Part shown: in pieces, positions 19,226 to 29,820 of the stretch
How the letters are laid out: every line of letters begins with the position of its first letter
Position numbering within the stretch: position 1 is the first letter of the stretch
Assembly (NCBI GenBank): GCA_036702955.1
Contig: DATNPY010000039.1
Coordinates: 1,642-65,641, forward strand
Direction: 5' to 3'
Origin: Drouetiella sp.
Lineage (GTDB): Bacteria > Cyanobacteriota > Vampirovibrionia > Obscuribacterales > Obscuribacteraceae
Length of the DNA stretch: 64,000 bases
Notes under the pieces: generated by a model
Seen by the model: the letters and a program-made list of their open reading frames with translations, nothing else
Told to the model about the DNA's origin: nothing
Databases searched by the model: none
Position numbers and translations under genes: made by a program

Positions 19226-20638
19226 TTAGTGCACCGCCGCCGGCACTTCGCGGTGACGAAGCTGAACCGTCGATCGCTTCAAAAACTTGCCGTCACCTGC
19301 TTTTCCGACATATCTCTCGTCTTCGATAACAACCTTGCCGCGGGATAGAACTGTCTCGGTCACCCCTTGAACGCTTCTACCTTCATAGGGATTGTAGTCT
19401 ACATTCATGTGATGTGTCTTGGCGCTTATTGTCATCTTCTTATTTGGGTTGAAAATAACGATGTCTGCATCTGAGCCAACGGCAATCGTACCCTTGCGTG
19501 GGAATAGTCCAAAGATTTTTGCAGGAGCGGTTGAAGTTATCTCAACAAATCGATTTAAAGAGATTCGTCCTGCTGCCACTCCACCGTCATAGAGCAGGCT
19601 CATTCTCGTTTCGACACCCGGAGCTCCGTTGGGAATTTTCGAGAAGTTGTCTCGTCCGAGTTCCTTTTGTTCCTTCATGCAGAAGGGGCAATGGTCTGTC
19701 GAAACGACCTGCAGGTCGTTCATTCGCAACCCTTTCCACAATTCGTCCTGATTCCACTTATCACGTAACGCAGGTGTCATCACGTATTTGGCGCCTTCGA
19801 AGCCCTCGCGCTCATAGTCTGAGTAGTCGAGGAACAAGTATTGAGGGCATGTTTCGGCAAATGCCGGAATGCCTTCATCGCGCGCTTCCTTCACTTTCTT
19901 GAGCGCATCGAAGCAGCTCAAGTGCACGATGTAAACCGGTGATTCCGCCATCTCCGCAAGTGCGATGGCGCGGTTCACACCTTCAGCTTCTGCCAACGTA
20001 GGGCGGGTCAGGGCGTGGTATTTAGGTGCTGTATGTCCCTTGGCGAGCGCTCTTTGAACGATTTCGTCGATAACAATACCGTTCTCGGCGTGCATGCAAA
20101 CCAGCCCGCCATGCTCCCCGGCAAAGTTCATGCCGCGGAAAATCGTGGCGTCGTCAACGAGCAGAACGCCTGGATACGCCATAAACATCTTAAAGCTCGT
20201 GACACCTTCATCGTTGATCAGACGCTTGATTTCTTTCAATCGCTCATGAGGCAGGTCCGTCACAATCATGTGGAAGCCGTAGTCAATAGCTGTCTTGCCC
20301 TGGGCTTTCTCGTGCCAGGTATCGAGCGCTTCGATAATCGACTTACCTTTGCTCTGGATGGCAAAGTCGATAATGGTCGTCGTGCCCCCGTGAGCCGCCG
20401 CAAGCGTGCCGGTGCGGAAGTCGTCGGCAGATGTCGTGCCGCCGAACGGCATGTCCATGTGAGTATGAGCATCGATGCCGCCGGGAATGACGAGCCGGTC
20501 TCTGGCGTCGATTATCTTGTCGGCTTCCATGTCTAGTTGCTTGCCGATCACCGAAATGACTTCGTCTTCAATCAAAATGTCGCCGATATAGTCATCTACT
20601 GCCGTGATGATGCGTCCATTTTTGATCAGGGTTTTCAT
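19226..20638 (-). CDS. D-hydantoinase / dihydropyrimidinase
   Basis: MKTLIKNGRIIT start at 20638 behind GAGGAG. Metal-binding GGIDAHTHMDMPFGGT. Length and motifs match the cyclic amidohydrolase family. Confidence 0.85.
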   Translation of the reverse strand: MKTLIKNGRIITAVDDYIGDILIEDEVISVIGKQLDMEADKIIDARDRLVIPGGIDAHTHMDMPFGGTTSADDFRTGTLAAAHGGTTTIIDFAIQSKGKSIIEALDTWHEKAQGKTAIDYGFHMIVTDLPHERLKEIKRLINDEGVTSFKMFMAYPGVLLVDDATIFRGMNFAGEHGGLVCMHAENGIVIDEIVQRALAKGHTAPKYHALTRPTLAEAEGVNRAIALAEMAESPVYIVHLSCFDALKKVKEARDEGIPAFAETCPQYLFLDYSDYEREGFEGAKYVMTPALRDKWNQDELWKGLRMNDLQVVSTDHCPFCMKEQKELGRDNFSKIPNGAPGVETRMSLLYDGGVAAGRISLNRFVEITSTAPAKIFGLFPRKGTIAVGSDADIVIFNPNKKMTISAKTHHMNVDYNPYEGRSVQGVTETVLSRGKVVIEDERYVGKAGDGKFLKRSTVQLRHREVPAAVH

Positions 20639-20875
20639 AAACCTGCTCCTCGACATGCGGTGATATTAGCGATGGACATATTAGCTGAAAACACATATTA
20701 GGATCTATGAAATTAACCTGTCAGGCGGAATGTCGGCAGTGGGCAGCATGCTATAAAACTGTGGGTGGCGATTGAGCAACGCCAGTGTGGCTGCGGTCGG
20801 CAGCCCCTCAGTGGGGCAAATTTCAGGGCTGCCTGAACAGGCGCTTGCCGGGGTGGCTGCTTGAACAGTGCAGAG

Positions 20876-20917
20876 GCAGTTTTGGCTGAGATGAGAGCAG
20901 TTTTGGCTGAGATGATA
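20876..20917. repeat. 2 x 21-bp tandem duplication upstream of dnaG
   Basis: GCAGTTTTGGCTGAGATGAGA at 20876-20896 and GCAGTTTTGGCTGAGATGATA at 20897-20917, ending 30 nt before the dnaG start. Confidence 0.85.
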
Positions 20918-20946
20918 AGTCGATTTGTCCAGATAGGAGTGCTTGC

Positions 20947-22842
20947 TTGAGTACGATTCCGCCCGAAAATATATCCGAAGTCCGCAGCCGCGCCAACATT
21001 CTGGAAGTAGTTTCAGAATTTGTGACGATGAAGCGCAGCGGCACAAGCTACATGGGTCGTTGCCCATTCCATGACGAGAAGTCGGGGTCGTTTTCAGTGG
21101 TGCCCGATAAGGGCTTTTTCCACTGTTTCGGCTGCCACGCAAAAGGCGATGTTTTCGCGTTTGTGATGAAGATCAAAGGCACAGATTTCCCGACCACAGT
21201 TCGAGAATTGGCTCATAAATTTGGGGTTCAAATCGTCGAAACGGCAGAGCAGCGTGAGGAATACGATAAGCGTTCCCACATGCTGATGCTCTATCAGCAA
21301 GCCAGTCAGTATTTCATCCACTTGTTACATGACCCCGCGCAGGGAGCGATTGCACGCGATTATTTAAGCAAGCGCGGCATTCCAGAAGAAATCATCGAGC
21401 GCTTCAAGATTGGCTACGCTGGACCGACCTGGGACGGTCTGCTCAATTACCTGACGAGCACTACCAAGGTGGCGCCGGCGACGCTGGAAGAGGCTGGACT
21501 GGTGCGCCGCAAGCAGGAAACCAATAGCTTTTACGATCTGTTTCGCAACAGATTGATGATTCCCATTTGCGATGATCGCGGGCAAGTCATCGCATTTGGT
21601 GGCAGGACTCTGGGAAATGACGATGCGAAATATGTCAATTCACCGGAAAGTCCGATCTACGTAAAGAACCGCCAGCTTTACGCCTTCAACCTGGCTAAAG
21701 AGTCGATAAAAGCTAAGGACGCAGTTATTGTGGTGGAAGGATATTTCGATGCCATCACACCGCATCAGTATGGATTCACAAATACCGTTGCCACTTGCGG
21801 TACCGCACTTTCTGAAGCGCAGGCGCGGTCGCTTGTGCGTTACACCGAATCGAAGCGTGTCTATCTGGCTTTCGATGCAGACGCAGCAGGCGCATCAGCT
21901 GTTGAGCGAGGCGCTCATGTTCTGCATCAAGTGGCGGAAGGCATTGGCATCGAATTGCGTGTCTTGAGAATTCCTGGTGCCAAAGACCCTGATGAGTGCT
22001 TGCGCGCCGAAGGTGGACCTGAGGCTTTCGCAGAGGCCATTGAGAATGCGCCGCTTCTTATCGATTACCAGTTGGAGCAGGCTTTGAGCGAGTGCGATAT
22101 AGCCAGCCACGTTGGCAAAATTGACGCAGCTCGCAAAGTCATTCCGATTCTCGCTCAAATAAATCACAGCGTCGACCGTGGCGAGTATATTCGACAGCTG
22201 GCAATGAAAGTCGGTGTGCGCGAAGAGGAGCTGCTGTCTGACGTTTCGCAATATCGCAAAGACAACCGCATCGGTTTGAATGCTGGAGGCAATGCACCGT
22301 CACGCCCGCGCGCAAGCCAGCGTGGACCGGTCAAAGTCGGTCATGTCGAGGCTGAACAGCAGTTGCTGGCGCTCTATTTCACATCGCCTGAGGATTACCA
22401 GCGAACAGCAATCGCTCTGGAAAACGAGTATTTCCTCACACCGGTGAATCAATTCATCAAGGAATGTATCGAGGGGATCGGCACCGACTTCAACACCGTT
22501 GACGATTTGCAGTTCAAACTCATGGACCGACTGGCGCCTGAGCCAGAGGCATCAGCCGCATTTGTCGAGGTGATGGAACGCGTCGACGAAATGCGAAAGA
22601 TGAAAATGCCGATCGATGTAACGCTGTTTCAGTGCAAAAAAAGGCTGCTAAGCGAGAAAGTGACGCGCATCCTGGCAAATTTGAAGGCTCTGCTCACTGC
22701 TGCTGACAATGAGACTGATCTTCTGGCTTTGCAGAGTAGAATTAGCAAATTGAATATGCTCAATCGAACCACACCGTCATTAGAAACTTTAGAAGAACTG
22801 GACGAGTTTAAACGAAACATCGAAACTGCCATGGCGGCGTAA
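20947..22842 (+). CDS. dnaG: DNA primase
   Basis: CHC2 zinc finger CPFHDEKSGSFSVVPDKGFFHCFGC and TOPRIM VIVVEGYFDAI. Conserved position directly upstream of rpoD. Confidence 0.95.
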   Translation: MSTIPPENISEVRSRANILEVVSEFVTMKRSGTSYMGRCPFHDEKSGSFSVVPDKGFFHCFGCHAKGDVFAFVMKIKGTDFPTTVRELAHKFGVQIVETAEQREEYDKRSHMLMLYQQASQYFIHLLHDPAQGAIARDYLSKRGIPEEIIERFKIGYAGPTWDGLLNYLTSTTKVAPATLEEAGLVRRKQETNSFYDLFRNRLMIPICDDRGQVIAFGGRTLGNDDAKYVNSPESPIYVKNRQLYAFNLAKESIKAKDAVIVVEGYFDAITPHQYGFTNTVATCGTALSEAQARSLVRYTESKRVYLAFDADAAGASAVERGAHVLHQVAEGIGIELRVLRIPGAKDPDECLRAEGGPEAFAEAIENAPLLIDYQLEQALSECDIASHVGKIDAARKVIPILAQINHSVDRGEYIRQLAMKVGVREEELLSDVSQYRKDNRIGLNAGGNAPSRPRASQRGPVKVGHVEAEQQLLALYFTSPEDYQRTAIALENEYFLTPVNQFIKECIEGIGTDFNTVDDLQFKLMDRLAPEPEASAAFVEVMERVDEMRKMKMPIDVTLFQCKKRLLSEKVTRILANLKALLTAADNETDLLALQSRISKLNMLNRTTPSLETLEELDEFKRNIETAMAA

Positions 22843-22875
22843 GACCATCGACCTTCCTAACTGGAGACCTGCTGC

Positions 22876-23982
22876 GTGACTCAGAGTAAAGATAAAGAAG
22901 ACACCTTCATCAATAAGCTCGATAAGCTTGAAGAGGCTGGCAAACAACGAGAGCGCACTGGACTGGAAGAGATGCTCATTCATCAAGGCGATGATGATGA
23001 CGAACTTCCACCTCGGGCAGGGCGTAGTTCTGACAGCGACGACAGTAATGATGACCCGGTATTCATGGGTGGTTATGACGACGAAAAAGTCGACGACTCC
23101 GACCCCGACCAGTTCGCTGAGACCGCGTCGAAGGGCTTAGCATCTGATGATCCGGTGCGCATGTACTTGAGAGAGATTGGACGCATTCCTTTACTTACTG
23201 CTGCTCAAGAAATCGAATTGGCTCGTCGAATTGAGCTTGGTGGCGCAGATGGTGCGATTGCGAAGCGTAAACTTGTGCAGGCAAACCTGCGCCTGGTCGT
23301 ATCTATCGCCAAGAAATATGTAGGTCGAGGCATGTTGTTCCTTGATCTTATTCAAGAAGGAAATCTCGGACTGATTCGCGGCGCCGAAAAATTCGATCAC
23401 GAGCGCGGCTACAAATTCAGCACCTATGCGACATGGTGGATTCGTCAGGCGATCACTCGATCGATTGCGGACCAGGCTCGTACCATTCGCATTCCCGTGC
23501 ACATGGTTGAAACAATTAACAGGCTCAAAAAGATCACGCGGCAACTTGCTCAAGAGAAAGGCCGCAAGCCAACTGAAGAAGAACTGGCAAATGCGATGGA
23601 AATTACAGTCAGTAAATTGCGCGATATTGTCAAAGTAGCTCAAGAGCCCGTGTCACTGGAGACACCGGTAGGAAAGGAAGAAGATAGTAAACTCGGTGAT
23701 TTCATCGAGGATAAGGATACGACGACACCGGCAAGCTCAGTAACGCAGGAGCTTCTGCGCGACGACATTGTTCAAGTTATGGAAGGGTTGTCGCCACGTG
23801 AGCGCGATGTTCTGCGTCTCCGCTTTGGGCTCGACGACGGTCGTCAGCGCACGCTCGAGGAGGTCGGTCAGCTTTTTGGCGTGACGCGCGAACGCATTCG
23901 ACAGATCGAAGCAAAGGCGCTGCGCAAATTGCGTCACCCGAATAGAAGCAGACGCTTGCGCGAATATATGGACGGCGAGTAA
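22876..23982 (+). CDS. rpoD: RNA polymerase sigma-70 factor (primary-type)
   Basis: Region 2 [30 protein letters not shown]. Region 4.2 [30 protein letters not shown]. Acidic N-terminal region. Confidence 0.95.
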   Translation: MTQSKDKEDTFINKLDKLEEAGKQRERTGLEEMLIHQGDDDDELPPRAGRSSDSDDSNDDPVFMGGYDDEKVDDSDPDQFAETASKGLASDDPVRMYLREIGRIPLLTAAQEIELARRIELGGADGAIAKRKLVQANLRLVVSIAKKYVGRGMLFLDLIQEGNLGLIRGAEKFDHERGYKFSTYATWWIRQAITRSIADQARTIRIPVHMVETINRLKKITRQLAQEKGRKPTEEELANAMEITVSKLRDIVKVAQEPVSLETPVGKEEDSKLGDFIEDKDTTTPASSVTQELLRDDIVQVMEGLSPRERDVLRLRFGLDDGRQRTLEEVGQLFGVTRERIRQIEAKALRKLRHPNRSRRLREYMDGE

Positions 23983-24064
23983 TTAGGGCGCCTGAATGCC
24001 GAACCGATTGCCTGTGTTCAGTATTGCTGGTGTGCGTATTAGATGGACGGAGTATTCAGCCTGC

Positions 24065-24994
24065 CTAAATGCCGATCTGATCGCCTGTGCTCATTATGAG
24101 CGTGTTGCGAGATCTGACTCCATTTACGATCACCTTCAACGGCTGATTGTAGCCCCATGTTGATGCACCCTGATTGTAGAAACCTTCCGGTATTCGGAAC
24201 ACAATTTGAGTCGGCGTTACTGAATCGACAGGCGCGCGGAGCGGACCCATGTAGACGGCGACGTCAGCGGCATTGGTGCCAAAGTTTTCGCCCGTGATTG
24301 TAACTGGAGTGTTGAGCCAGGCCCATGTCGCGCTGAGTCCTTTCAGATAGGGAACCGCGTTAATGCTCAGGGGCAACTTTCCTGCATCCAAGCCGGCACC
24401 ATTGACGGTGACAGTGGTTGATCCACCAGCTGAGACCTCGGGAACTTTAACGACTATCTGCGAAGCAGTAGCTGAGACGATTTGTGCCTTCTTTCCATTT
24501 ATAAGCACTTCGTTGTCTGCTGGATCAGAACAAAGATTTGTTCCGTTGATTGCCAGTGTGCTACCAGCTCCTACTGATTCTGGAGACAGGCTTGTGATCA
24601 CAGGTTTCGGCGTTGTCAGCCTCCAGCCGAACGTAGCACCTTTGGGACCTCGGGCTGTGATCAAAATTTGATTTCCGCCCCAACCCAGATCTCCGGTCAC
24701 ATTCGTTGTGACCGATTTATTCTTGCCAAACGCTTGCTCTGACACATAGGGAAGGCTTGAAGAGGAAATGCGCAGAGTTGTGAAGCCAGGCGCTGTTGCA
24801 TCGCCGTTATAGTACGTGAGAAACAGCTGCAACTTCTCTTGACCCTTCTGCAGATTTATCGATTGAGACGTATTGATGGTGGCATCAGACGTTGCCACCA
24901 GATTCGGCGACGACTCGGCAATAGTAATATCTTCCGCAAAAGCTGGCGTAGCGCACAGCATGGTGAGGCACGAAAACAGCAGACTTTTCCGCAT
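24065..24994 (-). CDS. secreted protein with IPT/TIG-like repeats
   Basis: Signal peptide MRKSLLFSCLTMLCATPAFA. Repeated units of the form ITSLSPESVGAGSTLAINGTNL...VLINGKKAQIVSATASQIVVKVPE. Confidence 0.55.
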   Translation of the reverse strand: MRKSLLFSCLTMLCATPAFAEDITIAESSPNLVATSDATINTSQSINLQKGQEKLQLFLTYYNGDATAPGFTTLRISSSSLPYVSEQAFGKNKSVTTNVTGDLGWGGNQILITARGPKGATFGWRLTTPKPVITSLSPESVGAGSTLAINGTNLCSDPADNEVLINGKKAQIVSATASQIVVKVPEVSAGGSTTVTVNGAGLDAGKLPLSINAVPYLKGLSATWAWLNTPVTITGENFGTNAADVAVYMGPLRAPVDSVTPTQIVFRIPEGFYNQGASTWGYNQPLKVIVNGVRSRNTLIMSTGDQIGI

Positions 24995-25139
24995 GACATT
25001 CTCCCTGATGACTCAGCCGCGAATTGTAGCGTATATGCGGGCTAAATGCTGCTTGCTTGTATCGAAGCTTGCTTGTGTCAAAGCTGACCGCATCACAGGT
25101 CATCGGTTTTGAGTCGAGGCTCAAATTACAGCTGTAACG

Positions 25140-25544
25140 CTATCTGAGATTTTGCATGACCAGAACAGTCAAATTGATGACGATAAATATTCCGGCGATC
25201 AAAAAGCCGAACATCAATTCTGTTGCAAATACAGTTTGTTTAGTGTCGAATGTCGTTACGATACCCAGTCTCTGAGCGATGAAGAAGATAATTGTCAGCG
25301 CAAAAAATACATCGCAAACTAGCGCAGTCATGTTAGCAAACTGAGGAAACAGTATGACTGCGACGGCCATGAGTGTTGACGCCAGAAGCAGACCCAGCGT
25401 AACTTTGTCAGCTAAGCGTACTTTCAGTTTTGTGTTGGAAAAAGCTTTAGCAATGTGCTGCATCGCTTCGGCGCTGGTCGACCACCTGGAAGACCGCGAT
25501 GTTTTCGGTTTTGCTGTTTGAGTCTCATCTACAATTTCTGACAT
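25140..25544 (-). CDS. small integral membrane protein
   Basis: ATG 25544 follows GGTGAGG. The C-terminal two-thirds form 3-4 hydrophobic helices. The track ORF extends to 25754 through non-protein-like sequence. Confidence 0.45.
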   Translation of the reverse strand: MSEIVDETQTAKPKTSRSSRWSTSAEAMQHIAKAFSNTKLKVRLADKVTLGLLLASTLMAVAVILFPQFANMTALVCDVFFALTIIFFIAQRLGIVTTFDTKQTVFATELMFGFLIAGIFIVINLTVLVMQNLR

Positions 25545-25777
25545 AAGCCTCACCCTGTCTGATAAATGCGACGGCGAGTTTCCTACCTGTTCATACCAAA
25601 AATCCGCCCATCTCAATCCTGTTTGATTTTGGAGGCTTTGGCAAGTAACTCGTGAGGTCTCGGCTTGTTTTAAAGAGGTTTTAACTCCTGAGGCGACCCT
25701 GAAAGCCTCTGCAGTTTGGCTTTTGCCCCGTGGCTGAGTGGTTTGCCCGGGCAATTTCCAAGTAGCTGTGGTACCGT

Positions 25778-27025
25778 GTGCGGCGGGGATTGAGGACTTT
25801 GACGAGCACTACAAATCTAACCGCGACTATTTTGAAAAGCAGCGCTCTGGCAGCGCTGTGTTTGTTTGCGTGCGCAGATTCCGCCTTCCGATGGACCGTA
25901 AACAGCGGGCGCTTCGACCGGTTCGAGGCTGCCAATCACCGTTGGACGTGGTGGCAAGTCAAAGGCTACAAGGAGCTTCCTTACACTCCCGATGTTGTGA
26001 TGTTTGGATCGTCGCTGTTAACTCGCATTGTCAACGAAGGCGACGCGACTTATCTAAAGCACTCCATCAATGCCACCAGGCACAACCGCTCTCAGCAGTT
26101 GGAAGATTGTGTGCAGTCACGCACTGGCGTTCCAATCAAAACATTTGCTTTCAATCTCGCTGGTTTGCATGCATCTGACGCTGCGGTAGTAGCGAATGGA
26201 CTCTTGCGCGACAAGACACCAAGCACAATAATCTACACAATTGCACCGCGTGACTTTCTGGATAATCTTCTGGAAGCGCCGTACACCACAGAGCAGTTCG
26301 AGTTGATGGGCCATACGACTGAACTGGGAGAGCTTGCCCCGCATGCACGTTTGTCGACCTTCGATCGGATAAGTTTTGCGTTCACCGATTTGTGCAACAA
26401 AATCTCCGAGATTTCGAAATGCAAATACGAGTTGGCCACAACGTTCGAGCGAAACTACCGCGCACTTGTTGTGCCTGTCATCGAAGCGAATGCGAATTCG
26501 AAGCGCATCATCTCACCTCTGGCTATCGGCATAAAAACCAGTGCTTTCGACTATTCCGACAATCTTCCGGTTGCTCCCGAAGATCCGAAGAACATCGAAA
26601 AGAACGATAACTTGCAGTGCTACAGATTCTGCTATCAACCCTTTCGTCCGAAGCTTTATAACGCCCAGTTCTATTATCTGGATTATTTTTTGCGTTTCGC
26701 AGAAGAGCGCGGAATCAAGGTGATTCTCGTAAACATGCCGCTTCGGCAAGATAATTTGACCGCCATGATGCCGAATTTTTATGAGTTGTATAAAAGTGAC
26801 GTGAATAAACACGCTGCAAAATTTCATGCTCAAGTCATCGACTTGTTCGACTCAAAAGCTTTTACTGACGACGATTTCATTGACACCGTTCACTTGACCG
26901 GGCACGGTTCGGTCAAACTCGTCGATAAACTCGCAGCCGCTGTCGCACCAGATATAGCATCAACGGTCGTTGCGCAGCGCAACATCGAAAGAGCCAAACT
27001 GGCTGGACAAAATAAGACTCACTGA
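25778..27025 (+). CDS. SGNH/GDSL-like hydrolase or acyltransferase-like protein (DUF1574/AlgX-like)
   Basis: N-terminal hydrophobic anchor, FGSSL near the start and C-terminal DTVHLTGHG (DxxH-type block). Confidence 0.4.
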   Translation: MRRGLRTLTSTTNLTATILKSSALAALCLFACADSAFRWTVNSGRFDRFEAANHRWTWWQVKGYKELPYTPDVVMFGSSLLTRIVNEGDATYLKHSINATRHNRSQQLEDCVQSRTGVPIKTFAFNLAGLHASDAAVVANGLLRDKTPSTIIYTIAPRDFLDNLLEAPYTTEQFELMGHTTELGELAPHARLSTFDRISFAFTDLCNKISEISKCKYELATTFERNYRALVVPVIEANANSKRIISPLAIGIKTSAFDYSDNLPVAPEDPKNIEKNDNLQCYRFCYQPFRPKLYNAQFYYLDYFLRFAEERGIKVILVNMPLRQDNLTAMMPNFYELYKSDVNKHAAKFHAQVIDLFDSKAFTDDDFIDTVHLTGHGSVKLVDKLAAAVAPDIASTVVAQRNIERAKLAGQNKTH

Positions 27026-27065
27026 AAGGAACAAAGGGTGTTCCGGGCGGAACTCCCTAAAAGCC

Positions 27066-27647
27066 TCACAATGTAGATTGTTTAAGGGGAGGGGCATTTG
27101 CTCCTTCCCTTTTTACAACGGTCCAATCTCTAAAAGTTAGCTGTGGACCACGAATTCGGTAACGACTAATAAGCTGATCATTGAATTCTATTTCCAATTC
27201 CGAAATTTGATTGTCAAATGAAGCTAGCTGATAAGTGCGTTTATTTTTATCAGCCAAAACCGTAGTGTCATCGCCCCACAACATATCTGCTTGCGACAAA
27301 GTCAAGTTAGGGACGGCTGGAATCGGACCATAATTTAAGTTGGTAGGGTTCAAGATAACTTCTCCGTTAGGCTCAATTTCACAGACGGCAGCCACTAAAC
27401 CTTCACCAGAATGCCTAATTTTTCGCATGAACTCAAAACGTTGCGTTCTTCTTGATTCAGGGACGCCGAGATGGCAAGGGAGAGCACTAACAGAGCCTAT
27501 CTCAGCCGGTAAAATACACCACCGGCGTAAATTTTCCTTATCATTTTCGGTGATCGTTTTGGTGCCGGAATCATTTGACCGCGCTGGCAAAGCACCACAT
27601 GCGATTGTGGCAAGCATCAAAAGAATTGCATATTTCGTATTAATCAC
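27066..27647 (-). CDS. hypothetical secreted protein
   Basis: Signal peptide MINTKYAILLMLATIACGALPARS. No family recognised. Confidence 0.5.
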   Translation of the reverse strand: MINTKYAILLMLATIACGALPARSNDSGTKTITENDKENLRRWCILPAEIGSVSALPCHLGVPESRRTQRFEFMRKIRHSGEGLVAAVCEIEPNGEVILNPTNLNYGPIPAVPNLTLSQADMLWGDDTTVLADKNKRTYQLASFDNQISELEIEFNDQLISRYRIRGPQLTFRDWTVVKREGANAPPLKQSTL

Positions 27648-27995
27648 CCGTTAAGACCATAATAAACGTTATAGCAGGTCATACCATCTGTCTGATTCTT
27701 CACTCGATCTTCAACAGTCATTGTGACCCATTTCAACATTTCTGGACATCTCTAAAAAAATTTGAGCAACAAGGCACCATATATGGTGGCGCAGCGTTTA
27801 ATCTTAACTGAAACATAGTGCTCATTATCAGGCAGGTTAACCCTATCAGTTAGCTACGATCACGCGTTCGACCACCAATCTACAGACCCACCGGGCGCCA
27901 GTGCTCACTATTTCCCTTATCGCATGGATTTCCGAAAAGGTACGCTGATCAAGACGGAGTTGTCAAGGTCCTGAAGGGTAAAAGTTTACCATAAG

Positions 27996-28376
27996 ATGTG
28001 TTCTTCAACTTTTCAAAAAGGAAGCGGTATGCAAGTTAGGCAATGCGACAAACTCTACTTTGTAGACATAGTCGTTTCGCTAATAGCTGGCTCCGTTGCA
28101 GCATTCTTGTCAAATGCAATATTGATGAGCATCCCGATTGTATTCTCAACAGCAGTTTGGGATAGAAATACCTTCGAATACATAATTCTCAGCGGAGTAG
28201 TTGGATTCTTGCATGGAACAGTTGGTTCGATGACTATGGTACTTCTTCACGTAACCTTAAATCGCCAGAAGATGTTGTTTTCGTCAGGACGGTTTCGATT
28301 CGTAGCTTATCTGGCAATCAGCACTGCAAGCGCCGCCATGCTAGGAGTATTGATACCTTCGGCAAAGCTAGTGTGA
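27996..28376 (+). CDS. hypothetical membrane protein
   Basis: 126 aa with 3-4 hydrophobic helices. Low-GC region (a 60-nt line at 28141 counts 23/60). Its stop overlaps the next start (GTGA). Confidence 0.45.
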   Translation: MCSSTFQKGSGMQVRQCDKLYFVDIVVSLIAGSVAAFLSNAILMSIPIVFSTAVWDRNTFEYIILSGVVGFLHGTVGSMTMVLLHVTLNRQKMLFSSGRFRFVAYLAISTASAAMLGVLIPSAKLV

Positions 28377-28741
28377 CAATCTTTCTGAAATTTGCCCCTA
28401 TTTTGTTAAAAACGTATGCGATTACGGGCTTCTGGGCTGCGCTTGCTACTGCATTTGTATTAGACGTAAAACCATTCGAGCGATATAAAATTCGCAATAA
28501 ACCAGTTCAAGGAACAGTGATAATTCATGTTCAAAATCATGACAATTTCGCAGAGTTAGAGAGCGAGATTGCAGAACTTCTCTCGCTGACAAGCGGAGAG
28601 ATGACACAACTGCCAACCAGCTCTGACGAGCGAATGTATGTAATAACCGGACGTGACGAGGAGACAACACTGGCGACTCTTGAGCCGGCAATAGCCAAAT
28701 ATTCATTAAAAGTTGAAATTCCAAGAGGCAAAAACCGCTGA
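28373..28741 (+). CDS. hypothetical protein with N-terminal membrane anchor
   Basis: 122-aa ORF translationally coupled to 27996..28376. No family recognised. Confidence 0.4.
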   Translation: MTIFLKFAPILLKTYAITGFWAALATAFVLDVKPFERYKIRNKPVQGTVIIHVQNHDNFAELESEIAELLSLTSGEMTQLPTSSDERMYVITGRDEETTLATLEPAIAKYSLKVEIPRGKNR

Positions 28742-28941
28742 ACTATGTCCGATTTTGGCGCTTTTTCATAACGGGTTAGCTCAAAAGCTTTGCTTTCGGT
28801 GTGTTTTTTTTCATACCAAGTCCGCTAAAAATACTTGTTTTAGGTGGACTATGTTCGCCGTTTTTCGACCTTTTGGGCGTTTCTGTAAAAGTGCATTCTA
28901 TTTTGCGTGATTCTTATCCATGATAAATTGCAGTCTTGAAA

Positions 28942-29253
28942 TCAAGTAATACCCAGTCTGTAGACGGTTGCGACGTGCACCCCGAAAGCGTCGGCTATCT
29001 CACGTATCGAGTGTCCATCTCTTCGCAGTTTGAGAGCCATTTTCTTCTGTTCGGCGGATATCGCCTTTGGTCTGCCAAAGCGAACACCGCGCTGTAGAGC
29101 TGCCTTGCGTCCTGCTCCTGTGCGCTCTCTGATAAGGTCTCGCTCAAATTCTGCGATGCCTGCGAAAACGGTCATGATCATTTTGCCACCAGGCGTGGTT
29201 GTGTCGGCCCAAGGCTCGGAAATCGATTTGAACTTGACACCCGCGTCTATCAA
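28942..29253 (-). pseudogene. serine recombinase (resolvase/invertase) remnant with only the C-terminal half
   Basis: GIAEFERDLIRERTGAGRKAALQRGVRFGRPKA plus the HTH SIREIADAFGVHVATVYR match the E-helix and DNA-binding domain of resolvases. The catalytic Ser region is absent. An in-frame TGA lies just upstream, and no resolvase-like N-terminus appears in any frame of 29254-29500. Confidence 0.7.
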
Positions 29254-29509
29254 CGACTCTGTCGTTTCAAGAAGCGTCTTAGTGGACCGTGCTCAGAAAC
29301 TGCGCGCAGCCGATATCTCCGTCAACTCATACTTTGACTCTGGCGCATCACCGCGAGGTGCATCAGGTGCCCCAGCAGATCTTTTATTACTGCCATTGTT
29401 GAACCGCTATTTCCACGGTGCTATGAAGTGCAATCGATTCAGCTGTCGCAATTCGTTCAATGCTCTTCGTGAATTCTATGCAGGTGGGACTGTAGAATGT
29501 GTCAAGAAT

Positions 29510-29803
29510 TTATTCTTCTTCCGGCATCCAGTCTAAAACTTCCGGTGGTCGACGAATCTCTTCGATCATTTCGTATAAAGTGGAAGCGTCTTGCGCCGGA
29601 ACTGCGCCCGGCGGCACCAGCGCCACTTGTACCGTCAGCGCACGCGAACCAAGTTCTAAGTGAATCTTGCTGCCAATCTTCACTTCTGTCGATGACTTCG
29701 CCGGTCGATCATCTACGAAGACGCGACCCTGATCGCAAGCCATTTGTGCCACTGTGCGCCGCTTGATCAGGCGAGACACTTTCAACCATTTATCTAAACG
29801 CAA
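29510..29803 (-). CDS. S4-domain RNA-binding protein
   Basis: MRLDKWLKVSRLIKRRTVA is a classic S4 motif. Small size (97 aa). Confidence 0.7.
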   Translation of the reverse strand: MRLDKWLKVSRLIKRRTVAQMACDQGRVFVDDRPAKSSTEVKIGSKIHLELGSRALTVQVALVPPGAVPAQDASTLYEMIEEIRRPPEVLDWMPEEE

Positions 29804-29820
29804 TCCAGACTCCTTGCCTG

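Noticed and set aside
29030-29536. 168-aa + strand ORF across the recombinase remnant
   Set aside because: It is antisense to a clear resolvase C-terminal domain and has no features of its own. The upstream 29254-29500 stretch was also translated in all minus frames and showed no catalytic-Ser N-terminal domain.
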